Assembly: GCA_017499595.2 (NCBI GenBank)
Contig: CM039005.1
Coordinates: 2,790,001 to 2,854,000, forward strand
Source: Psilocybe cubensis
Lineage: Eukaryota
DNA length: 64,000 bases
Direction of reading: 5' to 3'
Made by a program: the position numbers and the translations under genes. A model generated the notes under the pieces. The model did no database searches, had not been told where the DNA came from, and saw only the letters and a list, made by a program, of their open reading frames with translations. This document shows positions 12,855-25,171 of this stretch, one piece after another (position 1 is the stretch's first letter; each line of letters begins with the position of its first letter).

Positions 12855-13613
12855 GATAACAGTGCAATTAGACATTCACGATTCTTACTGAATTGGTTCG
12901 TTGCGCCCTCTCCTCTGGTCAAGTGTGTTCGGTGCTGTCTATACAATTTCCACCAACAATTCCTACTAACGACGCTGCATAGTCTCGCCTTTGCTTGAGG
13001 TAAGGTTCCGTTCTATATACATCCATCAAATTTTCAATGCATAGCGCGTCTCAGAAAAGGTGGCGGGACTTCTCACTACAAGGCAGCTTATTTGCGCAGC
13101 ACTGCTATCCTCCAGGAGGATGGTTGTAGTCGTGTGGGGGTCTTGCAAGTACGACTTTACTCTTCATTACGTTTCATCTGTTTTACTTTCAGGACGACCA
13201 GGTTCTCAAAACTCCGGATGATTTGCCACCGACGATGCTCTTTTATCGTCTACATTGTGTATTCGGTGGTTTTTTACCACCAATCTTTAGGCCGCCTCTG
13301 TCGCTCTACTGGTCCGAGATCCCAGTACGTATTTTCATCATTGTGAAATTGTCTAAGTATAATTCACCGACATCACCATCGTAGAATCCTCGACTCAGGC
13401 CTAAAATTTGTCGACCCGGACAACAATGCTACCGAAGACGCTTTTGTGTCGCCTACATCGTATTTGGCCTACTCTTATGGTTTATTCGGTGCTGTCCATG
13501 CGTTTTATTTACTAAACGATCGTTTATGGAGCGGTGTCTAGGCATCACAAGTTTTGCGTGGCTTCGAGATTGGTAAGTTATTGACAAAATGCGGTATTAA
13601 GTCTACGCCTTAG

Positions 13614-13995
13614 ACATGCCATCATCCCTTCCACCACTCCTACTCATTCGGCGGCTTTTACAACAATTATTTTTCGCCGTTGTTCGTATTGAGAGGCATT
13701 GCTGTTGCTACAATCTGGCTAGGAGTATTGCCATGGGTGACAGTGTGGATGTGGAGAATGTACTTTTCAATGAGGGAATCCGCGTACGTACCCACGTACC
13801 CATCCGGACTTCAACCTAATATCCACTTCTGACAGCTTCCTCTGTTTAGCGCCTGGTGGATAAGTGACGGCCCTAGATCTCCGAGTACAGAATCGACAGC
13901 AGCGTTTTTCAATAGAATACGCTACGAAGCCCCTGTGCCGCCATCCAAGAGCATCTACTCCAAGGTTTCTTCACATCCGGCATGGCTAGCGCTTC
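13614..13995 (+). pseudogene. Internal fragment of a DOA10/SSM4 (MARCH6-like) ERAD E3 ubiquitin ligase gene
   Basis: DMPSSLPPLLLIRRLLQQLFFAV / LRGIAVATIWLGVLPWVTVWMWRMYFSMRES |intron| AWWISDGPR...SSHPAWLAL resembles the region just after the RING-CH domain of basidiomycete Doa10. It is frameshifted and lacks the RING and the rest of the gene. Recognised from memory. Confidence 0.65.
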
Positions 13996-14894
13996 TGGTT
14001 CAGATTTCAAGTTCAGAAAAATATATGTACTGTAAATTTCTATTGTCGACCTTCTGGCTCAAATCCATCTGCCTTCGCCTGCCACACTCTACCCACCATC
14101 CTCCCGTCCCTTGTAAGCACCTTCACCCCATCTCCCTCGTTTCTGCTGCTCAATGACTGTAAACCAACAATAATGCGACGATAGCTGCTCGAGCAGCGAG
14201 TGAAAGCGCCACTGTCGGCGGTGACTCTTCCACCCCCAGCAGCGGCAATAACACGCAGACCACGCAAAGCGCACAGAACACGCAAACCACGCAACATGCG
14301 CTAAACGCGCAGAACACGTTAAACACCAACGTGAACCTCCGTTAAACACCAACGTGAACCTCCATTTGCCTGTGCGGTTCAAGCGGAGCGTGTCGAGTAC
14401 CGTGTGATGGTTCTTCTCGTCGTTCCTCGTTTGTTGTTGTTGTCGTCTGTTGGTGTCTGTCGGTGTTGTTCGTCGTTCGTCGTCATTCCTTGTTCCTCGT
14501 CGACGTCTTTTCTTTTTTTTAGATTTTTGTTTAGATTTCTTTGGGCTGGGTTTTTTGCATGTTTTATGTCTTTTTTTTTTGTGGATGTAATTTTCTTTTT
14601 TTTCTGTTTCTGTTTCTGTTTCTGTTTCTGTTTCCTTGCTTGGTGCGGTGCTCGTTCATGGATCGTTGCTTGTGGATCACTGCTCGGTGCTCATCCATGG
14701 CCGTTTGTTTGTGTGGAAGATGTAGAAATTGGTGGGGGGGTGGAGGGCAGAGGTAGTTGTATAAGGAAGAGGAGGAGGAAGGGAAGAGATGGGCATGGGC
14801 TTGGGGGCACAACAATCCAAACGGTCACCCTACCCCTCTTTTTTTTCAGCCCGGTCCTCCAAATTGGGGTCTCTCTCTCTGAGTTGGAGATTGA

Positions 14895-15030
14895 GGTGTT
14901 GCGGCAGAGTTGGCTTCGTAGTCATTTACTTTGTGTTCGTTGTATTGACTCAAAATCCATTTAGCCAAACCTCATCCAACGGTATATTGATTAAAGTTTA
15001 ATAACATTCTTATCGGCAACACAGGACACT
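14895..15030 (-). repeat. ~135-bp segment (5' end of an unknown gene) repeated in the same orientation at ~34697-34878
   Basis: GTGTTGCG.CAGAGTTGGCTT.GTAGTCATTTACTTTGTGTT...ATCGGCAACACAGGACA at both sites. Confidence 0.85.
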
Positions 15031-15564
15031 AGGTTGTAAAAAAAACGTACAGACCATCCTGGCACAGAGTCGTACGTAATATGCTCAGAACCAGGCCTGT
15101 ATGAAGCTTTTAAAACAGGTCTTCCTGCCTACGATGCAAAGTTTGGACAAGGTCATATTTCTCTCCTCGTCTCTCCCGAAAACAAAGAATGTTTTCAAGG
15201 TACGTTCGTTGTAAAGTTGAAGTTATCTGTATTCCAGTTAACTGCTCTATGAACTCATGGCGTGTTATTATTTGACTAGCAATACTCATCCACGAATGTA
15301 CTATTGCTGGTGTGGTCCACAGGACGATATTCCCATGCGGGTTCCACGGTGAGAGGACACTCACTCAGCGTGGTTCGGTATGCCGTTTTTATCCGTCGTT
15401 TCGAAATGGACTTGATACTAATCTATCTTATTTAGTGTATAGATTCCTCGAATGATATTTCTGTCTATCCACGTTAGATCTGTATAAAAAATGCAATATG
15501 TACCTACGACTAAACATATTGTAATGTGACGTGAACACTTTGATCGATACAACATACAAAGGGT

Positions 15565-15740
15565 CCACGAGATGTCACTCAGCGATGCCTTCGGTGAATC
15601 TTGTTGGGGGAGACAAAGAGCTGCTGAACTGAAAACACATGGTATGTCATTGAATACTCTTACTCATGTTATCATCAATGTTCCTAAACTCGTCACATTT
15701 AGAGCTGTTCCTTCCCTTCTCTGTGCAGACGTATTAAGGT
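15565..15740 (-). pseudogene. Partial diverged duplicate of the exon1/intron/exon2 junction of the 15893-16400 gene
   Basis: Direct similarity to ~16130-16290 (GCTGAACTGAAAA.ACAT.GTATGTCATTGAATACTC...TCCTTCCCTTCTCTG.GCAGA.GTATTAA). Confidence 0.75.
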
Positions 15741-15892
15741 TGAACGGGAAGTTTTATTTGCAGACAGCAGACAATATGAGCTCCCCACTGTTCACGGTTT
15801 AAAATGCAAGAAATTTTATTTTACAAATAGTGCTCAAATCATATTGTATGTTACATTGCGCTCCTTTGTGTCAATCCCCTCAAACATACAAT

Positions 15893-16400
15893 CTATTCGC
15901 TGAGTTCATCGACTTGAACACTGTCGTGGGTATCGCCTATTATGAGTATCGTTTCTTTTCCTTCGAATGGGACGTCTTCTAATTTTTGATTCCTCCACCT
16001 CGATCTCCTGCTTTCTAAATCGCGATCCAAGAATGTGGCAGCTTGTTGTCGGAACACATGAGTTCCTCCTACGTAGAAGCCCTCGGAGTCGAACACCCGA
16101 ACCGTCCAGTGCACGATATGATGTGCTCCATCTCGGTGAGTTTTGTTAGAGAGATGAAGAGCTGAACTGAAAATACATCGTATGTCATTGAATACTCCGT
16201 CCAAAATTCGTTACTCACGTTATCACCAATGTCCCTGAACTCATCACATTTGGCGCTGCTCCTTCCCTTCTCTGCGCAGATGTATTAATCTCCTCAAATA
16301 CCTCCCCAATCCACCTCCTGATAGCGTCGACGACATCGTTTGGGCTTGATCGTCGAGGGTATTTGGTTTTCAGGAATCGAATAGACCATTGGGAAGACAT
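15893..16400 (-). CDS. Two-exon hypothetical protein, ~151 aa
   Basis: ATG at 16400; GTGAGT...TTTCAG intron 16218-16167 joins ...GTLVIT to SALHLSNKTHRDGAHHIVHWTVRVFD... in frame to the stop at 15893. Confidence 0.65.
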
Positions 16401-16629
16401 GAGGGAGAACAATGTTATGAGACCAGTGTCAATATAAGTGAGCGCCAGTAGTTATTTAGTCAGTCTAACTCAAGGATGGTGTTGACGGTGAGGATTTGCG
16501 AGGTTGCGAGCGCCTAACTTGTGACCCTAACCCTAGTATTGGGTTGCATTTCTATCGTTGTATGTATCGAATTTCCTGCGAACACTGCGTCATGCCAGTG
16601 AAGGTGAGTATTCTGACATACTCCGCAGA

Positions 16630-18551
16630 TTATAATGTATAATTGCCACTAATATTCATTACGCTATACAAAGTATCTAAATATGGTGACTCCAAGTCCA
16701 TCTCACTGGTCAAGGGCGTCCCTCCCACTCCTGGTATGTAGATGATTTTCTGAAGCTCGCCGTCCCCGTTTTCCCATGCAGATTCAACTAGATATGATTT
16801 GGGCTCCTTCTTGCGCTCGTCGTCCACTTCGTCATCGGAATCCCGAATGACTAGTGGCTGAGGTTCCACTCCGAGGATATTGTGCAAGACCCTTCTGTCA
16901 TATAATTCTTGAACGAGTCGCTGATGATTGATCATCTAAAAGGCCAGGTCTGTTCTGTTTGAACTAATTACAGAATAACACATAAAGTTACTTACCTCCT
17001 GGGTGATGCCCATAACCGTTGGTAGAATACTTAAATCTTCAGGCTTGCAACGTCTTCTCAGTGACACAGATCTTTCACTGTCCCGTGAACTCAAAATCCA
17101 ACACGCATATACGCCGTGGAGGTCAGAATTCCATGACATCCAGAGAAGGCGGTCCTGACTTTGTGGACATTGTACGATCCGCTGGATATATCATTGGCTA
17201 CAAAGTAATGGTCAGTGAAGAATACCGAGGAAAAGATTTGAAGGTATACTCACAGGGATCAGCAGGATCTTCAATTGACAACATATTTCTTTGTACTTGG
17301 CAGGCCACCCTCGCTGCCTTTTGCTGAAATAGGTTCCACCGTCCCCTAAAGAGATCTCTCGTACAACTCGAAAAATTCCATCACCACACTCTCAGATTCT
17401 TTTCTGGGTCGATTTTCCCTCTCCGAATCTTGGGATGCATCTGCAGGAAACTGTACTTCATTCATGCTCCTCTGGCTCAAGAACGCCTTCGTGATCATAA
17501 CCAGGCTCCGCAACGCCTTGCTTTCCTTCCCTTTCGCTCTGGGTATCATGTCGTTCAAAAAACCAGTGATAATCTGGCCTGAGACGAGGCCATTCCCTTG
17601 GTTTATGCTAATATCAGCTTTGAATCGTCCATGGGTAGTGGTAAATTTATCAATGCGGGCTTTAGCCTTCGCTATTATGGTAACATGGGAGTTATTCCGT
17701 GGCGTTTAAGAGTGTTGGCCATGACATGCAGGACGGTACTGAAAGTACAACCAGATCGATATCGCTGCATTCATATCAGCGTGTAGATATGCATTCACTA
17801 GCAAAGCACATACCCAAGAGGGAGATATAATTTTGTTTGATAACTCCCAAAGGGAAAGCCTACAGCGTCGGGGAAGGCGGCGGTAAGGCATTTTGTGATT
17901 CGAGAAACAACTAACTCACGTATCTCGTCTTCTACGGGTGTTGGTAATATCCAATTCACGAAGGCATCTACTCCCCAATTCAACCTACGGAAGTGAACAT
18001 CGGTATCAGACACATAAAACAAAATTTACAACTTACATCTCAGCAATGTTTTGACACCGTTCAAGATCTAATCCATTAACCCAAGGGGCTTTTCTAGACG
18101 GCGCATTCATTCTTTGCTTCTTGTTTGCATAACCGTCGTCGTATTCGTCATGTCTCCGGCCCCCTTCGGCTTGAGTCTCATTCTAGGTTTATCCTGTGCC
18201 CGTTCAGACATCGTTGAATCTGTTTCATTCCTGCCATTCATTTCTTTTCGTTCCTCGCGTACCTTTTCCTCCTTGCGCGTACTAGGGTCGGTTTCCTCGT
18301 CAGATGTATCGGGAAATGGTATAAGTCTTCATTTTTCTCGAACGTTGTTGTTTTATCGGATGCATTTGTTACGCTTTTCGAAGACCTCTTGTCTTCCGGT
18401 TCCTTCGTGTGTGAACCACTATCTTCATCAGCACTCTGTGCTAACCTGCGCGCTGCCCGATCCGTTCCCTGTGAGTTTTTTGTCCTGAGCTCCGACTATC
18501 CTCGTTCGCATTCCTGCTGTGCGAAGAGCCTGTGGGAGATGTTGGTGGCAT
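16630..18551 (-). pseudogene. TRF4: Near full-length, intron-containing pseudogene of a TRF4/TRF5 (PAP2-like) non-canonical poly(A) polymerase
   Basis: FVNWILPTPVEDEIR...FPFGSYQTKLYLPLG|DIDLV (nucleotidyltransferase GS/DxD), IIAKAK, ADISINQGNG, FLSQRSMNEV, FLQMHPKI, MEFFELY, LSIEDPADP, NDISSGSY. There are deletions and frameshifts, including loss of the GGLGSY segment expected after MNEV. Confidence 0.9.
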
Positions 18552-21479
18552 AATTTTGGATACCGCAAGATTTTTGCAAGTTACGCCAGCGGCTTAGTAT
18601 GTCTGAAGAAATTGATGCCGAAAAGACAAAAGTCGTGTCCTTGATTATTAACACTCACGCGACCTGACTTACTACGCGTCGCGTCAACATGATACTGACG
18701 ATTGGACATCGCCGATATATCGTCAAATCAATTTGCAAGAAAATAGCGGTTTTTTTTGGTGGATCCATGAAATGACCTTTATGTTTGACAGGAATCCTGT
18801 CAAGTTTGCTGTAATATTACAAACATATTTTGTGTTTGACAAATAGCGTTTGATTTCAAATATAATTTCTGTTTGATAATATGTGTCTGAAATCATCCAC
18901 ATATTCTGTATGTTATCGACCATAAACATGAAACATAAGTTATGTACTAAATCAAACAAATGGTCAAACGGACATCGACACGCTCATCGTGTCGATAATC
19001 GCGCGTTGAGCGACACGCCCAGCGATTTTATGGCTATCTTGGCGTCTCGGTGATAAGCGACACGCTACATAGGCGCACAAGAAACACCTCCAATAACCAC
19101 AGACAGCTTGGAAATGCCGTATTCCGCTCTCTTCATCCGTCGGGCATCTACAACTGTCTACGTTACCAATTTCCTTCACCCGCAAATCTCGGTCTTCCAA
19201 GCTCAAATTTCCAACTCGTACCATATTCACACAGCCCCTAAACCAACCCAAAACACCCTGGAATCCCCAAAACCCTCAAAATCGACGTAGAATGACATGG
19301 TACGTACGAAAGCACACCTTGAATGTTGCGAAAATTTTCGTTGCAGCTCATATCGCAGAGCTTCTAGGACGGTGCCGGCATGACTCCCGGATAGAAAGGA
19401 GACGGTGGAAATGGGCCTGAATCGCGAATCGGGAGAGGAGGAGGATGTGGGCATACGTGATTTGTGGTGTTGGTGAGTTTTCTCTTCAGATATGCGGCGG
19501 GATGAGTTGGGGACTGTAGTGCGTTGGAAGGGGGTGTTGGGTATATGTGTGTGTGGATGTGGATAAGGTGTTGTTTGTGGTTTTGAGTGTGAATGGTTGA
19601 TTGTGTTTTCGGGCGCTTAACGAATTTCACAACAGATTTTTGTTGGGCACAACAATTCAATGTGTAAATCACTACAAATATGCTATTGCACTACTGTAAC
19701 ATGACCTAGATAACCTCCAGAACTCGCAATCTACGTGCAAACGGTAAATACGAGTGGTAGCCGTGTTCAAATAACATCCAACATTTTACAAATTTCCAAT
19801 CATTCTGACGTCACCCGTACCTCGCACAGACATCTATGCACCCCTATTCAACGCTTCAAAGACCCCAGGGACGTTTAAAGACACGAAAAAACACCGGAAT
19901 TAACGCCACGTATGCATTTTGTGCAGCAAATGCACATAACGAACACACATTTCGACGAGCTTCTGGGCACCGGCGAAGCTCCGAACGTGTTTTATATCTA
20001 GAGCAGTCCATTCTGAATTGGGAAGGCTGCTGAAAGAAGACGATTGAAAAGGGCAGAACGATGAATTGGGAGAGGAGGAGGGTGACGGCGTTGACGGCGT
20101 TTGCGGTTCGCGCGGGCTGTGTATCGCGTTGGGATACGATGAATTTGTGTATTTGTGAGTGTATTTAGCTGTCTTGAGCTTTGTATGCTGCGCAGTTAGG
20201 TGGAAATTGCAATTCGAGGTGTTTTAAAGCGAAAGGGCGTTGAAGCGTTTTCCGAGTTGTTGTCAAGTCAATTTTACACAGATTTATTAACCTACACACT
20301 GACGCGATGGTGCAAAACATATAAACACTATATCACAAGTGAATCCCTCGATTAGAGCTGCCAATGCATCGCATTTCGTCGTGCACGGCTACATACTTGA
20401 TCTATATTTGGCTGCCAGGGGCGACTGCAGAGTCTACAAGGTACAAGTGATAAGATTGAAGAAACCTGATCAAGTTGCAGACTGATAAGCTGAAAATCAA
20501 GGTACATACTGACGGTCATACACAAGTGCGTCATCCCGACGCGTTACGTGAAACGCTGTTCTGCACACTGTAAATCGAGATTAGGATGCTCTCGAGGATC
20601 GGGAGAGTGGTACTAGCCTAATGTGGATCGTAAATTTAAGGAAGCAGGCGCGCTGATGAATTTTACAGCATTTCGTCATTGATTTACGCGCCTGATAGGC
20701 ATCTCTGGCGCGGCGCGACGTGGCGAGGAAACGCGTCGCGTGTGTATTTTGGAATACGCGTTTGTCCAGTGCATTTTGGGATACGCGTTTGTCCAGTGCG
20801 ATTTTACAGTGCGCATGCGGGTGGTGTACCTGCGGGAAACGCGACGCGTCGCGCGCGGGTGAGTGGAGGAGGGTTATTTTGGGACGAGAGAGAACCTGCT
20901 AGTTAGTACACGTAGGAGTTTGTTACGTGCTGCCAGCGAGGAGGGTGTGTACATACTCGTAAGTGGTGTAATGTAAAAAAAACGTAAAGTGTAGCGCGGT
21001 TGGTAGGCAACATTCAACAATCGAGCAGATTGGAGCACTGGATGTTGGAGCATTGCGGCAGCAAGTCATGTATATTTGTGAGTTTATGGATGTGAATTAT
21101 CAATAACGTTGTATGAATAATGAGAGGAAAGGTAAATACTTACAGTGGAGGGAAGCAAGTTTTCGTCGGAGGGAGGGTTATGGCATGAAATTTTTACAAT
21201 TTCTACAACTTCGGGAGTTACAACATCCTCGTCTCCGAGGATGTGTAACGAGAACGACTAGTGGGAATGATGAGACTAGCAGTTAAAAAAATAAAGACCC
21301 TTAAAATGAGGCAAGAAAAAAGGTATAAAGAGTGACGAGTTTTGAACGTACTTTACCCGCAGAGTATGCCTTTATGCTTGCGGTATGCCAGCCCGTCCGT
21401 TTCTCTTCACTTGTTGGCTGCTCCCGCAATCCGACTTGATATTTGGACGTCCGGCGAGCGGTGTATGTTATATGTGTTC

Positions 21480-22740
21480 CATGTTGGTATGCCTGCTGAC
21501 CCATGTGTAGTTTGCTTTGACACGACATATCGTCTTCCGGCGAGAGATGCTGTGGTGCAACAAAGGTATGTGTTGTGTGTTCCATGTTGGTGTGCCTGCT
21601 GACTGATTGTGTAGAAGGAATGCTCTAACACGACGTATCGCGTTCCCGCGAGCAGGTCAGCAATGCTCCGACTGGATATTTAATGTCCGGCATACTGGTA
21701 AGTATTGTTTGTGCTATGTATCTTTATTTACCCTGTTGACGCGTGTTGTAGTTGCGTTATACAGCTCGAGGTTTTGCTCTGACACGACGTATCGCCGTCC
21801 GGCGAGCGGATTCCCGGGACTTTCAGAGGGCGAGGGATATATTTTGACGTGGAAAACTTCTGACACGACGTATTGCCGTCCGCCGAGCGAGATTTTTACA
21901 CTAGTAAGTCACCATTCACTTTCTTTCTTTATGTTTTGTGCTTACCTTGTTATACAGCTCGTAATTTTGCTCTGACACGATGTATCGCCCTCCGGCGAGC
22001 AGAGTCGCCCATCTGTGCAGGACTTTCCGAAGGCAGGCGATAGGTTTGGACATGGAAAACCTTTGACATGACATATTTCCGTCCGCCAAGCGAGAGTTCC
22101 ACACTGGTAAGTCTCCTTTTAATGTATTTATGTTTTGTGCTTACCTTGTTATCCAGCTCGATATTTTGCTCTGACACGATGTATCGCCGTCCGACGAGTG
22201 GATTCCACGTATTTCCGGGACCTTCAGAGGGCGGGGATTGGTTTTTACATGGAAAACCTCTGAGACGACGTATCGCCGTCCGCCGAGCAAGAGTTCCAAA
22301 CTGGTAAGTCACTATTTAATGTATTTATGATTTGTGCTTAACTTGTTATACAGGTTGTTATTTTGCTGTGACACGACGTATGGCCATCCGCCGAGCAGGG
22401 TCGGCCATCTGTGCAGGACTTTGCAAAAGCAGGGGATAGGTTTTACATGGAAAACCTCTGCCAGGAGCCGAGCGAAGAATTCATGCTGGTAAGTCACTGT
22501 TTTACTTTGTTTGTGATTTGTGCTTAACTTGTTTTACAGCGAGTTTGCTGTCGACGTATCGCCGAGCAGAGTACACTGTCTGGATTTCCCGAGAACGAGG
22601 TGGAAAACCTCTGTAAGTCCACAAACTTGTTTCTCCCAAATTGAGTTCTGACCTTGTTATTGCAGCCTTGTCATGACGTATTGCGGCGCGGCCTTTGCCA
22701 TATTGCGACACTACCCAGTTTGCCTCTGTCAACCCCGGTG
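21480..22740 (+). repeat. Tandem array of ~200-bp exon+intron-like units
   Basis: GTAAGT donors at 21698, 21904, 22107, 22304, 22489, 22613; CAG acceptors at 21764, 21957, 22156, 22353, 22539, 22665; a GACACGACGTATCGCCGTCCG-like motif occurs about 10 times. Confidence 0.9.
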
Positions 22741-23389
22741 AGTTTTCTCTGTGTAGATAGACCGGTTACGCCCCCAACTGGCCTTCGGGCGGGGCTAACC
22801 TCCGCTGGTTAGGCTCTTTTTTCAGTCTATTATTAGATCTCAACATTTATCCGACTATTAACTCGCCAGAAATTCACTCAACCGAGTCAAAACTGCACAT
22901 TAATTAAAACGAGAATTGAGAAGAAATAAAATGTAACCAGGGCCTTATATCCTCCACCATTCAACAATATACTTGAAGAAAAATATCAAAGAAGAAAGAA
23001 CTTTCCACCCGCAAAACGACACAAGGTAACGTTTAAAATCAAGCATTGAATGAATAAATTAGTAAGGAGGTAGATGATGGATGATAACATGTGATCCGAC
23101 TTTGAAGACTGATATGCAGTGGTGGTGGTACATTAGATTGTGCGTAAATCGACATTGAACCAGAGCCAGCTTTGCTCGCAGAACATGAACATGGCAGGAG
23201 ATAGAATAGATGGAGAAGAGAGGAGCTGCAAGCTAGATAAGATGTCACATGTCAATACCCAATTGCAAGCAGAGTGTTCAGAGTGTTGAAGAATACACAC
23301 CTGCGTCCAACGCGCCCAAACTTAAAACTTCTTGAGTTTTAAAACCATAAGTATTTAAATGTAAACCTTGTAACCCAACAATACCTAAA

Positions 23390-24150
23390 CTAGAGAAGAA
23401 TCGTAGAGCTCGCGGTTCTCGAACACCGTATACAAAGGTAACGTGAATCGATGTTCGCGGTCATGTCGGTGCCTGGGTTCTTGACAAAATTTCCAAGAAG
23501 CAAACTATCGTGATGGGCGAGTTGAGGCCGGAAGGTGTAATCTGGTCGCATCAAGACCTGATCTATCGCAGGCAAAAATTCGACTTGAAACCCTGAGACC
23601 TGAAGATCTGACCCCCAAAAGATGTGTAGACAGACCAAATTGCGAACGGAAGGGCGACGGATCAATGTGTAAGGCGAGGATTCCGTGAAGAGGTGTTTGT
23701 AAACGGGAGATAGATCAAGGACCTCGGTATACCGTACTTTCGCGAGGTTAGGTTGCAGAGCTGGTTGGTGACATCCATGTTGAACGCCGAGGCGCTTTAA
23801 AGTTGGATGTACGACTTGAGACGGCGGCTGGAGATCGTTTACTGAACGAGATTTGAGGAGGAAAAAATTAATGTGATTGGAGATGCGACTTCCCAAACCA
23901 TTTTTGAAGATGCATACCTGACTCCCAGGCATAGTGCGTGCTGGAAGAATGATGAAAAGTCTTCAAGATGAAATGAAGGAAGAACTGGAGGTTGAGAGGT
24001 ACAACCTGTCAACATGAAGGCGTACAGTCTATCGCGATCGATAATTAGAAGAGATTCGACCCCTAAATATACAGGCAAAGTAGGGGCGGAAGGAGGCGCG
24101 ATGTGTGAGGCAATGGTACTATACCATTGATGGTGCAAACGAAGATAGAA
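23390..24150 (-). pseudogene. Diverged or decayed hypothetical gene (Leu-rich, possibly F-box/LRR-type C-terminal region)
   Basis: Overlapping minus ORFs of 180 aa and 99 aa in different frames with protein-like composition; no recognised motif. Confidence 0.3.
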
Positions 24151-24257
24151 GGTATCCCGAACTTCCGCACGACACCGCGAACGTAGAGATTAGGGCGATG
24201 CAAAGACGGCATTCACGTCGGATAACGGCGTATACTCAATTCAACCCGTATATGTTC

Positions 24258-24968
24258 TCATGTATCATCCCAAAAAGAGAGCAATGTTTTGCTCTGCTTC
24301 TTGGCCTTCTTGGACGACGAGGTTTTTGGGGTCTTTTCTTTAGATTTCAACTCGGCCTTGAGCTCGTCGAGCTGCCCAATGGCTTTTCTTTTGTTCGATT
24401 TTGCTCCTGCTGTACCCGGTTTGGACGACGAGGAGAACGAGAGTCCCTGAGAAGCTGATTTCGAGCTCGACGAGCTCGCCTCTTTACCCGATTTCTCTTC
24501 CGAAGCTGCCTTTTCGGCAGCAGCTTTCTCTTCTGGAGACAGCAGCGGAGGAAGGCCCTTTTCTGTAACACACAAAAAGCATAATTCATCAGGTTTAGAG
24601 CGGTAACAGAAAGCATGCCACGCACCTGCACGACGGATGTTCTCTGCCTCGAATTCAGTGAGATATTTCCCAGCCTTCAACACCACCACCTGCGGCTTCT
24701 CGTCGGCAAACTCGTCATCTTCATCCGCGCTCCCTGGGTCATCTGCAGGGCGCTCGGGAATCGCTGGGCGGGGTCTTCGCGGGATGGGCGCACGACCCTC
24801 GCCTGTGTACTCGAATTCGTCGTCGTCGCCCTCGTTATAGGTTTCTAAGTCGTCTGCGTCGGGGATTCCATTCATGCGGTTTTGCAGTTTGAGCAGGAAG
24901 ATGGGTGTGTTTTGTTGGTACAAGAGTTTTGAGGAGAGCTGTGCGCGGGTGGGTTCGCGGGGCGCCAT
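24258..24968 (-). CDS. DUF4604 / KIAA1143-like conserved protein, ~215 aa, one intron (24625-24563)
   Basis: MAPREPTRAQLSSKLLYQQNTPIFLLKL, DEKPQVVVLKAGKYLTE, and a Lys-rich tail ending LLSFWDDT; canonical GTGCGT...TACAG intron of 63 nt. Confidence 0.8.
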   Translation of the reverse strand: MAPREPTRAQLSSKLLYQQNTPIFLLKLQNRMNGIPDADDLETYNEGDDDEFEYTGEGRAPIPRRPRPAIPERPADDPGSADEDDEFADEKPQVVVLKAGKYLTEFEAENIRRAGAWHAFCYRSKPDELCFLCVTEKGLPPLLSPEEKAAAEKAASEEKSGKEASSSSSKSASQGLSFSSSSKPGTAGAKSNKRKAIGQLDELKAELKSKEKTPKTSSSKKAKKQSKTLLSFWDDT

Positions 24969-25171
24969 TGCTGGTGATGGTGGTGGTTCAAGATCAAAAG
25001 TCAAAGGTCAGGCGCCGGCAAAAGAAATGATGGCGCGCGCGTACTTGTTCCCAGATAACTTCAATATATGTATTTGAACCAGTATATTTTTATAAGAATG
25101 AATATTTGGGTACAACGGTTACTACAAGAAATCAAGAAGAAACTGAATAGAATTTAAAAAACTGTGCATCC

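Noticed and set aside
14404-14964. 186-aa hydrophobic Phe/Cys-rich ORF
   Set aside because: It arises from T-rich and TTTCTG microsatellite sequence and is probably the antisense of a Lys/Arg-rich stretch.
16524-16536. Telomere-like ACCCTAACCCTAG
   Set aside because: Only about two units; expected by chance.
21480-22740. Possible CRISPR array (recurring ~21-bp motif with intervening sequence)
   Set aside because: The intervening sequences are themselves homologous, the repeats are degenerate, the context is eukaryotic and there are no cas genes.
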